From: Eledone cirrhosa
Taxonomy: Eukaryota
Direction: 5' to 3'
Assembly (NCBI GenBank): GCA_964016885.1
Contig: OZ024742.1
Span: 375,844,001 to 375,908,000, forward strand
DNA length: 64,000 nt
A program made the translations under genes and the position numbers. The notes under the pieces were generated by a model, which worked only from the letters and a program-made list of their open reading frames with translations, did no database searches and was not told the origin of the DNA. How positions within the stretch are numbered: position 1 is the first letter of the stretch; the number at the start of each line of letters is the position of its first letter. This document shows positions 52,186 to 64,000 of this stretch, piece after piece.

Positions 52186-55100
52186 AGTGTATGGGGTGTA
52201 TTTTATCAGGGCAGCATCACTAATACTTTACTGGGTTTATGGGGTGTATTTTATCATGGCACCATCACTAATACTTTACTGGGTTTATGGGGTGTATTTT
52301 ATCAGGGCAGCATCACTAATACTTTACTGGGTTTATGGGGTGTATTTTATCATGGCACCATCACTAATACTTTACTGGGTTTATGGGGTGTATTTTATCA
52401 GGGCAGCATCACTAATACTTTACTGGGTTTATGGGGTGTATTTTATCATGGCACCATCACTAATACTTTACTGGGTTTATGGGGTGTATTTTATCAGGGC
52501 AGCATCACTAATACTTTACTGGGTTTATGGGGTGTATTTTATCATGGCACCATCACTAATACTTTACTGGGTTTATGGGGTGTATTTTATCAGGGCAGCA
52601 TCACTAATACTTTACTGGGTTTATGGGGTGTATTTTATCATGGCACCATCACTAATACTTTACTGGGTTTATGGGGTGTATTTTATCAGGGCAGCATCAC
52701 TAATACTTTACTGGGTTTATGGGGTGTATTTTATCATGGCACCATCATTAATACTTTACTGGGTTTATGGGGTGTATTTTATCAGGGCACCAGCATTAAT
52801 ACTTTACTGAGTGTATGGGGTGTATTTTATCATGGCACCAGCACTAATACTTTACTGGGTTTATGGGGTGTATTTTATCAGGGCACCAGCACTAATACTT
52901 TAGTGGGTTTATGGGGTGTATTTTATCAGGGCACCAGCATTAATACTTTACTGGGTGTATGGGGTGTATTTTATAATGGCACCATCACTAATACTTTACT
53001 GAGTGTATGGGGTGTATTTTATCATGGCACCAGCACTAATACTTTACTGAGTGTATGGGGTGTATTTTATCATGGCACCAGCATTAATACTTTACTGAGT
53101 GTATGGGGTGTATTTTATCATGGCACCAGCACTAATACTTTACTGAGTGTATGGGGTGTATTTTATCATGGCACCGGCACTAATACTTTACTGAGTGTAT
53201 GGGGTGTATTTTATCATGGCACCAGCACTAATACTTTACTGAGTGTATGGGGTGTATTTTATAATGGCACCATCACTAATACTTTACTGAGTGTATGGGG
53301 GTGTATTTTATCATGGCACCAGCACTAATACTTTACTGAGTGTATGGGGTGTATTTTATCATGGCACCAGCATTAATACTTTACTGAGTGTATGGGGTGT
53401 ATTTTATCATGGCACCAGCATTAATACTTTACTGAGTGTATGGGGTGTATTTTATCAGGGCAGCATCACTAATACTTTACTGGGTTTATGGGGTGTATTT
53501 TATCATGGCACCAGCACTAATACTTTACTGGGTTTATGGGGTGTATTTTATCAGGGCACCAGCATTAATACTTTACTGGGTGTATGGGGTGTATTTTATC
53601 ATGGCACCAGCACTAATACTTTACTGGGTTTATGGGGTGTATTTTATCAGGGCACCAGCACTAATACTTTACTGGGTTTATGGGGTGTATTTTATCAGGG
53701 CACCAGCATTAATACTTTACTGGGTGTATGGGGTGTATTTTATCATGGCACCAGCACTAATACTTTACTGGGTTTATGGGGTGTATTTTATCATGGCACC
53801 AGCACTAATACTTTACTGAGTGTATGGGGTGTATTTTATCATGGCACCAGCACTAATACTTTACTGGGTGTATGGGGTGTATTTTATAATGGCACCATCA
53901 CTAATACTTTACTGAGTGTATGGGGTGTATTTTATCATGGCACCAGCACTAATACTTTACTGAGTGTATGGGGTGTATTTTATCATGGCACCAGCACTAA
54001 TACTTTACTGAGTGTATGGGGTGTATTTTATCAGGGCAGCATCACTAATACTTTACTGGGTTTATGGGGTGTATTTTATCATGGCACCAGCACTAATACT
54101 TTACTGGGTTTATGGGGTGTATTTTATCATGGCACCAGCACTAATACTTTACTGGGTTTATGGGGTGTATTTTATCAGGGCAGCATCACTAATACTTTAC
54201 TGGGTTTATGGGGTGTATTTTATCATGATACCAGCATTAATACTTTACTGAGTGTATGGGGTGTATTTTATCATGGCACCAGCACTAATACTTTACTGAG
54301 TGTATGGGGTGTATTTTATAATGGCACCAGCACTAATACTTTACTGAGTGTATGGGGTGTATTTTATAATGGCACCATCACTAATACTTTACTGAGTGTA
54401 TGGGGTGTATTTTATCATGGCACCAGCACTAATACTTTACTGAGTGTATGGGGTGTATTTTATCATGGCACCAGCATTAATACTTTACTGAGTGTATGGG
54501 GTGTATTTTATCATGGCACCAGCATTAATACTTTACTGAGTGTATGGGGTATATTTTATCAGGGCAGCATCACTAATACTTTACTGGGTTTATGGGGTGT
54601 ATTTTATCATGGCACCAGCACTAATACTTTACTGGGTTTATGGGGTGTATTTTATCATGGCACCAGCACTAATACTTTACTGGGTTTATGGGGTGTATTT
54701 TATCAGGGCAGCATCACTAATACTTTACTGGGTTTATGGGGTGTATTTTATCATGATACCAGCATTAATACTTTACTGAGTGTATGGGGTGTATTTTATC
54801 ATGGCACCAGCACTAATACTTTACTGAGTGTATGGGGTGTATTTTATAATGGCACCAGCACTAATACTTTACTGAGTGTATGGGGTGTATTTTATAATGG
54901 CACCATCACTAATACTTTACTGAGTGTATGGGGTGTATTTTATCATGGCACCAGCACTAATACTTTACTGAGTGTATGGGGTGTATTTTATCATGGCAAC
55001 AGCATTAATACTTTACTGAGTGTATGGGGTGTATTTTATCATGGCACCAGCATTAATACTTTACTGAGTGTATGGGGTGTATTTTATCAGGGCAGCATCA

Positions 55101-58100
55101 CTAATACTTTACTGAGTGTATGGGGTGTATTTTATCAGGGCAGCATCACTAATACTTTACTGAGTGTATGGGGGTGTATTTTATCATGATACCAGCATTA
55201 ATACTTTACTGGGTGTATGGGGTGTATTTTATCATGATACCATCACTAATACTTTACTGAGTGTATGGGGGTGTATTTTATCATGATACCAGCATTAATA
55301 ATTTACTGGGTGTATGGGGTGTATTTTATCATGATACCATCATTAATACTTTACTGAGTGTATGGGGGTGTATTTTATCATGATACCAGCATTAATACTT
55401 TACTGGGTGTATGGGGTGTATTTTATCATGATACCATCACTAATACTATACCGACTGTATGGGGTGTATTTTATCATGATACCATCATTAATACTTTACT
55501 GAGTGTATGGGGTGTATTTTATCATGATACCAGCATTAATACTTTACTGGGTGTATGGGGTGTATTTTATCATGATACCATCACTAATACTTTACCGAGT
55601 GTATGGGGGTGTATTTTATCATGATACCAGCATTAATACTTTACTGGGTGTATGGGGTGTATTTTATCATGATACCATCACTAATACTTTACCGAGTGTA
55701 TGGGGTGTATTTTTTATCATGATACCAGCATTAATACTTTACTGAGTGTATGGGGTGTATTTTATCATGATACCAGCATTAATACTTTACTGAGTGTATG
55801 GGGTGTATTTTATCAGGGCACCAGCATTAATACTTTACTGGGTGTATGGGGTGTATTTTATCATGGCACCAGCATTAATATTTACTGAGTGTATGGGGTG
55901 TATTTTATCATGATACCAGCATTAATACTTTACTGGGTGTATGGGGTGTATTTTATCATGGCACCAGCATTAATACTTTACTGAGTGTATGGGGTGTATT
56001 TTATCATGATACCAGCATTAATACTTTACTGAGTGTATGGGGTGTATTTTATCAGGGCAGCATCACTAATACTTTACTGAGTGTATGGGGTGTATTTTAT
56101 CAGGGCAGCATCACTAATACTTTATTGAGTGTTTGGGGTGTATTTTATCAGGGCAGCATCACTAATACTTTACTGAGTGTATGGGGTGTATTTTATCATG
56201 ATACCAGCATTAATACTTTACTGAGTGTATGGGGTGTATTTTGTCATGATACCAGCATTAATACTTTACTGGGTGTATGGGGTGTATTTTATCATGATAC
56301 CATCACTAATACTTTACTGAGTGTATGGGGGTGTATTTTATCATGATACCAGCATTAATACTTTACTGAGTGTATGGGGTGTATTTTATCATGATACCAG
56401 CATTAATACTTTACTGAGTGTATGGGGTGTATTTTATCATGATACCAGCATTAATACTTTATTGAGTGTATGGTTGTATTTTATCATGGCACCATCACTA
56501 ATACTTTACTGAGTGTATGGGGTGTATTTTATCATGATACCAGCATTAATACTTTACTGAGTGTATGGGGGTGTATTTTATCATGATACCAGCATTAATA
56601 CTTTACTGGGTGTATGGGGTGTATTTTATCATGGCACCAGCATTAATATTTACTGAGTCTATGGGGTGTATTTTATCATGGCACCATCACTAATACTTTA
56701 CTGAGTGTATGGGGTGTATTTTATCATGATACCAGCATTAATACTTTACTGAGTGTATGGGGTGTATTTTATCAGGGCAGCATCACTAATACTTTACTGA
56801 GTGTATGGGGTGTATTTTATCAGGGCAGCATCACTAATACTTTATTGAGTGTATGGGGTGTATTTTATCAGGGCAGCATCACTAATACTTTACTGAGTGT
56901 ATGGGGTGTATTTTATCAGGGCAGCATCACAAATACTTTACTGAGTGTATGGGGGTGTATTTTATCATGATACCAGCATTAATACTTTACTGGGTGTATG
57001 GGGTGTATTTTATCATGATACCAGCATTAATACTTTACTGAGTGTATGGGGTGTATTTTATCATGATACCATCACTAATACTTTACTGAGTGTATGGGGG
57101 CGTATGTTATCATGATACCAGCATTAATACTTTACTGAGTGTATGGGGTGTATTTTATCATGATACCAGCATTAATACTTTACTGAGTGTATGGGGTGTA
57201 TTTTATCATGATACCAGCATTAATACTTTACTGAGTGTATGGGGTGTATTTTATCATGATACCATCACTAATACTTTACTGAGTGTATTTTATCATGATA
57301 CCAGCATTAATACTTTACTGAGTGTATGGGGTGTATTTTATCATGATACCAGCATTAATACTTTACTGAGTGTATGGTTGTATTTTATCATGGCACCATC
57401 ACTAATACTTTACTGAGTGTATGGGGTGTATTTTATCATGATACCAGCATTAAAACTTTACTGAGTGTATGGGGGTGTATTTTATCATGATACCAACATT
57501 AATACTTTACTGAGTGTATGGGGTATATTTTATCATGATACCAGCATTAATACTTTACTGAGTGTATGGTTGTATTTTATCATGGCACCATCACTAATAC
57601 ATTACTGAGTGTATGGGGTGTATTTTATCATGATACCAGCATTAATACTTTACTGAGTGTATGGGGTTGTATTTTATCATGATACCAGCATTAATACTTT
57701 ACTGAGTGTATGGGGTGTATTTTATCATGGCACCAGCATTAATACTTTACTGAGTGTATGGGGTGTATTTTATCATGATACCAGCATTAATACTTTACTG
57801 AGTGTATGGGGGTGTATTTTATCATGGCACCAGCATTAATATTTACTGAGTGTATGGGGTGTATTTTAGCATGTTACCAGCATTAATACTTTACTGGGTG
57901 TATGGGGTGTATTTTATCATGGCACCAGCATTAATATTTACTGAGTGTACGGGGTGTATTTTATCATGGCACCAGCATTAATATTTACTGAGTCTATGGG
58001 GTGTATTTTATCATGGCACCATCACTGCTACTTTACTGAGTGTATGGGGTGTATTTTATCATGGCACCAACATTAATATTTACTGAGTGTATGGGGTGTA

Positions 58101-61100
58101 TTTTATCATGGCACCATCACTAGTACTTTACTGAGTGTATGGGGTGTATTTTATCAGGGCACCAGTATTAATACTTTACTGAGTGTATGGGGGGGGGTGT
58201 ATTTTATCATGATACCAGCATTAATACTTTACTGAGTGTATGGGGTGTATTTTATCATGATACCAGCATTAATACTTTACTGAGTGTATGGTTGTATTTT
58301 ATCATGGCACCATCACTAATACTTTACTGAGTGTATGGGGTGTATTTTATCATGATACCAGCATTAATACTTTACTGAGTGTATGGGGGTGTATTTTATA
58401 ATGATACCAGCATTAATACTTTACTGAGTGTATGGGGTGTATTTTATCATGATACCAGCATTAATACTTTACTGAGTGTATGGTTGTATTTTATCATGGC
58501 ACCATCACTAATACTTTACTGAGTGTATGGGGTGTATTTTATCATGATACCAGCATTAATACTTTACTGGGTGTATGGGGTGTATTTTATTATGATACCA
58601 TCACTAATACTTTACTGAGTGTATGGGGGTGTATTTTATCATGATACCAGCATTAATACTTTACTGAGTGTATGGGGTGTATTTTATCATGATACCAGCA
58701 TTAATACTTTACTGAGTGTATGGGGTGTATTTTATCATGATACCAGCATTAATACTTTACTGAGTGTATGGTTGTATTTTATCATGGCACCATCACTAAT
58801 ACTTTACTGAGTGTATGGGGTGTATTTTATCATGATACCAGCATTAAAACTTTACTGAGTGTATGGGGGTGTATTTTATCATGATACCAGCATTAATACT
58901 TTACTGAGTGTATGGGGTGTATTTTATCATGGCACCAGCATTAATACTTTACTGAGTGTATGGGGTGTATTTTATCAGGGCAGCATCACTAATACTTTAC
59001 TGAGTGTATGGGGTGTATTTTATCAGGGCAGCATCACTAATACTTTACTGAGTGTATGGGGGTGTATTTTATCATGATACCAGCATTAATACTTTACTGG
59101 GTGTATGGGGTGTATTTTATCATGATACCATCACTAATACTTTACTGAGTGTATGGGGGTGTATTTTATCATGATACCAGCATTAATAATTTACTGGGTG
59201 TATGGGGTGTATTTTATCATGATACCATCATTAATACTTTACTGAGTGTATGGGGGTGTATTTTATCATGATACCAGCATTAATACTTTACTGGGTGTAT
59301 GGGGTGTATTTTATCATGATACCATCACTAATACTATACCGAGTGTATGGGGTGTATTTTATCATGATACCATCATTAATACTTTACTGAGTGTATGGGG
59401 TGTATTTTATCATGATACCAGCATTAATACTTTACTGGGTGTATGGGGTGTATTTTATCATGATACCATCACTAATACTTTACCGAGTGTATGGGGGTGT
59501 ATTTTATCATGATACCAGCATTAATACTTTACTGGGTGTATGGGGTGTATTTTATCATGATACCATCACTAATACTTTACCGAGTGTATGGGGTGTATTT
59601 TTTATCATGATACCAGCATTAATACTTTACTGAGTGTATGGGGTGTATTTTATCATGATACCAGCATTAATACTTTACTGAGTGTATGGGGTGTATTTTA
59701 TCAGGGCACCAGCATTAATACTTTACTGGGTGTATGGGGTGTATTTTATCATGGCACCAGCATTAATATTTACTGAGTGTATGGGGTGTATTTTATCATG
59801 ATACCAGCATTAATACTTTACTGGGTGTATGGGGTGTATTTTATCATGGCACCAGCATTAATACTTTACTGAGTGTATGGGGTGTATTTTATCATGATAC
59901 CAGCATTAATACTTTACTGAGTGTATGGGGTGTATTTTATCAGGGCAGCATCACTAATACTTTACTGAGTGTATGGGGTGTATTTTATCAGGGCAGCATC
60001 ACTAATACTTTATTGAGTGTTTGGGGTGTATTTTATCAGGGCAGCATCACTAATACTTTACTGAGTGTATGGGGTGTATTTTATCATGATACCAGCATTA
60101 ATACTTTACTGAGTGTATGGGGTGTATTTTGTCATGATACCAGCATTAATACTTTACTGGGTGTATGGGGTGTATTTTATCATGATACCATCACTAATAC
60201 TTTACTGAGTGTATGGGGGTGTATTTTATCATGATACCAGCATTAATACTTTACTGAGTGTATGGGGTGTATTTTATCATGATACCAGCATTAATACTTT
60301 ACTGAGTGTATGGGGTGTATTTTATCATGATACCAGCATTAATACTTTATTGAGTGTATGGTTGTATTTTATCATGGCACCATCACTAATACTTTACTGA
60401 GTGTATGGGGTGTATTTTATCATGATACCAGCATTAATACTTTACTGAGTGTATGGGGGTGTATTTTATCATGATACCAGCATTAATACTTTACTGGGTG
60501 TATGGGGTGTATTTTATCATGGCACCAGCATTAATATTTACTGAGTCTATGGGGTGTATTTTATCATGGCACCATCACTAATACTTTACTGAGTGTATGG
60601 GGTGTATTTTATCATGATACCAGCATTAATACTTTACTGAGTGTATGGGGTGTATTTTATCAGGGCAGCATCACTAATACTTTACTGAGTGTATGGGGTG
60701 TATTTTATCAGGGCAGCATCACTAATACTTTATTGAGTGTATGGGGTGTATTTTATCAGGGCAGCATCACTAATACTTTACTGAGTGTATGGGGTGTATT
60801 TTATCAGGGCAGCATCACAAATACTTTACTGAGTGTATGGGGGTGTATTTTATCATGATACCAGCATTAATACTTTACTGGGTGTATGGGGTGTATTTTA
60901 TCATGATACCAGCATTAATACTTTACTGAGTGTATGGGGTGTATTTTATCATGATACCATCACTAATACTTTACTGAGTGTATGGGGGCGTATGTTATCA
61001 TGATACCAGCATTAATACTTTACTGAGTGTATGGGGTGTATTTTATCATGATACCAGCATTAATACTTTACTGAGTGTATGGGGTGTATTTTATCATGAT

Positions 61101-63202
61101 ACCAGCATTAATACTTTACTGAGTGTATGGGGTGTATTTTATCATGATACCATCACTAATACTTTACTGAGTGTATTTTATCATGATACCAGCATTAATA
61201 CTTTACTGAGTGTATGGGGTGTATTTTATCATGATACCAGCATTAATACTTTACTGAGTGTATGGGGTGTATTTTATCATTATACCAGCATTAATACTTT
61301 ACTGAGTGTATGGTTGTATTTTATCATGGCACCATCACTAATACTTTACTGAGTGTATGGGGTGTATTTTATCATGATACCAGCATTAAAACTTTACTGA
61401 GTGTATGGGGGTGTATTTTATCATGATACCAACATTAATACTTTACTGAGTGTATGGGGTATATTTTATCATGATACCAGCATTAATACTTTACTGAGTG
61501 TATGGTTGTATTTTATCATGGCACCATCACTAATACATTACTGAGAGAATGGGGTGTATTTTATCATGATACCAGCATTAATACTTTACTGAGTGTATGG
61601 GGTTGTATTTTATCATGATACCAGCATTAATACTTTACTGAGTGTATGGGGTGTATTTTATCATGGCACCAGCATTAATACTTTACTGAGTGTATGGGGT
61701 GTATTTTATCATGATACCAGCATTAATACTTTACTGAGTGTATGGGGGTGTATTTTATCATGGCACCAGCATTAATATTTACTGAGTGTATGGGGTGTAT
61801 TTTAGCATGTTACCAGCATTAATACTTTACTGGGTGTATGGGGTGTATTTTATCATGGCACCAGCATTAATATTTACTGAGTGTACGGGGTGTATTTTAT
61901 CATGGCACCAGCATTAATATTTACTGAGTCTATGGGGTGTATTTTATCATGGCACCATCACTGCTACTTTACTGAGTGTATGGGGTGTATTTTATCATGG
62001 CACCAACATTAATATTTACTGAGTGTATGGGGTGTATTTTATCATGGCACCATCACTAGTACTTTACTGAGTGTATGGGGTGTATTTTATCAGGGCACCA
62101 GTATTAATACTTTACTGAGTGTATGGGGGGGGGGGGGGGGTATTTTATCATGATACCAGCATTAATACTTTACTGAGTGTATGGGGTGTATTTTATCATG
62201 ATACCAGCATTAATACTTTACTGAGTGTATGGTTGTATTTTATCATGGCACCATCACTAATACTTTACTGAGTGTATGGGGTGTATTTTATCATGATACC
62301 AGCATTAATACTTTACTGAGTGTATGGGGGTGTATTTTATAATGATACCAGCATTAATACTTTACTGAGTGTATGGTTGTATTTTATCATGGCACCATCA
62401 CTAATACTTTACTGAGTGTATGGGGTGTATTTTATCATGATACCAGCATTAATACTTTACTGGGTGTATGGGGTGTATTTTATTATGATACCATCACTAA
62501 TACTTTACTGAGTGTATGGGGGTGTATTTTATCATGATACCAGCATTAATACTTTACTGAGTGTATGGGGTGTATTTTATCATGATACCAGCATTAATAC
62601 TTTACTGAGTGTATGGGGTGTATTTTATCATGATACCAGCATTAATACTTTACTGAGTGTATGGTTGTATTTTATCATGGCACCATCACTAATACTTTAC
62701 TGAGTGTATGGGGTGTATTTTATCATGATACCAGCATTAAAACTTTACTGAGTGTATGGGGGTGTATTTTATCATGATACCAGCATTAATACTTTACTGA
62801 GTGTATGGGGTGTATTTTATCATGATACCAGCATTAATACTTTACTGAGTGTATTTTATCATGATACCAGCATTAATACTTTACTGAGTGTATGGGGTGT
62901 ATTTTATCATGATACCAGCATTAATACTTTACTGGGTGTATGGGGTGTATTTTATCATGATACCATCACCAATACTTTACTGAGTGTATGGGGGTGTATT
63001 TTATCATGATACCAGCATTAATACTTTACTGAGTGTATGGGGTGTATTTTATCATGATACCAGCATCAATACTTTACTGAGTGTATGGGGTGTATTTTAT
63101 CATGATACCAGCATTAATACTTTACTGAGTGTATGGTTGTATTTTATCATGGCACCATCACTAATACTTTACTGAGTGTATGGGGTGTATTTTATCATGA
63201 TA
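52186..63202. repeat. Satellite array B: 48-bp tandem repeat, consensus GAGTGTATGGGGTGTATTTTATCATG(G/A)(C/T)ACCA(G/T)CA(C/T)TAATACTTTACT, about 230 monomers
   Basis: Continuous ~48-bp periodicity is visible, with 1-bp indels in the G4 and T runs and occasional 39-bp monomers (about 57285, 61172 and 62850). Confidence 0.99.
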
Positions 63203-64000
63203 CAACTGGTATTGACACTAATACCAACCTAGTAAACACTAGCTCTGGTTATATAAAACTAGATGAGGAACAACTGGTATTGACACTAGTACCAACCTAG
63301 TAAACACCAGCCATGGTAATATAAAACTAGATGGAGAACAACAGGTATTGACACTAGTACCAACCTAGTAAACATAAGCTCTGGTTATATAAAACTAGAT
63401 AGACAACTGGTATTGACACTAGTACCAACCTAGTAAACACCAGCTCTGGTTATATAAAATTAGATGGAGAACAATTGGTATTGACACTAGTACCAACCTA
63501 GTAAACACCAGCTCTGGTTATATAAAACTAGGGAGACAACTGGTATAGACACTAGTACCAACCTAGTAAACACCAGCTCTGGTTATATAAAACTAGGGAG
63601 AGAACTGGTATAGACACTAGTACCAACCTAGTAAACACCAGCTCTGGTTATATAAAACTAGATGGAGAACAACTGGTATTGACACTAGTACCAACCCAGT
63701 AAACACCAGCTCTGGTTATATAAAACTAGATAGAGAACAACTGGTATTGACACTAGTACCAACCTGGTAAACACCAGCTCTGGCTATATAAAATTAGATA
63801 GAGAACAATTGATATTGCCACTAGTACTAATCTAGTAAACACTAAGCTCTGGTTATATAAAACTAGATGAGGAACAACTGGTATTGACACTAGTACCAAC
63901 CTAGTAAACACCAGCTCTGATTATATAAAACTAGATAGAGAACAACTGGTATTGACACTAGTACCAACCTGGTAAACACCAGCTCTGGTTATATAAGATT
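63203..64000. repeat. Satellite/minisatellite array C: 65-68-bp unit CAACTGGTATTGACACTAGTACCAACCTAGTAAACACCAGCTCTGGTTATATAAAACTAGATGGAGAA, about 12 copies, truncated by the right window edge
   Basis: Units start at 63203, 63271, 63339, 63404, 63472 and 63537, giving periods of 68, 68, 65, 68 and 65 bp. Confidence 0.97.

Noticed and set aside
52187-63175. Sat-B ORFs (SVWGVFYHGTSTNTLL / YGVYFIMAPALILYWV repeats)
   Set aside because: Frequent 1-bp indels switch frames throughout the array, so there is no sign of frame preservation.
52186-63202. Canonical G-quadruplex or telomeric-repeat interpretation of Sat-B
   Set aside because: The GGGG runs are 48 bp apart, which is too long for typical loops, and there are no TTAGGG or TTAGG arrays.
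1-64000. CRISPR-like array interpretation
   Set aside because: The repeats are head-to-tail with no unique spacers, there are no cas genes, and the context is eukaryotic (spliceosomal introns, LINEs, SINEs).

Overview
This is a eukaryotic, animal-type window that is about 95% tandem repeat. It holds three arrays: Sat-A (1-49257, 48-bp monomer, about 1,030 copies, nested higher-order duplications), Sat-B (about 52186-63202, a different 48-bp monomer, about 230 copies) and Sat-C (63203 to the window end, 65-68-bp monomer), which abuts Sat-B directly. The 2.9-kb island between Sat-A and Sat-B contains two clean, frame-compatible phase-1/phase-1 coding exons on the minus strand (50495-50737 and 49571-49666). 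It also contains decayed retroelements: two RTE-clade LINE fragments, a CR1-type LINE 3' end and two SINE remnants that resemble cephalopod SINEs as I recall them. Nearly all ORFs in the supplied track are readings of the satellites. The most interesting possibility is a gene whose introns are filled with satellite DNA, in which every canonical Sat-A monomer carries a polypyrimidine tract plus an AG that overlaps a GTGAGT donor motif on the sense strand. Sat-B appears to have arisen from an internal segment of the adjacent SINE. There are no prokaryotic features. Element-family and taxon assignments come from remembered consensus sequences and need database confirmation.
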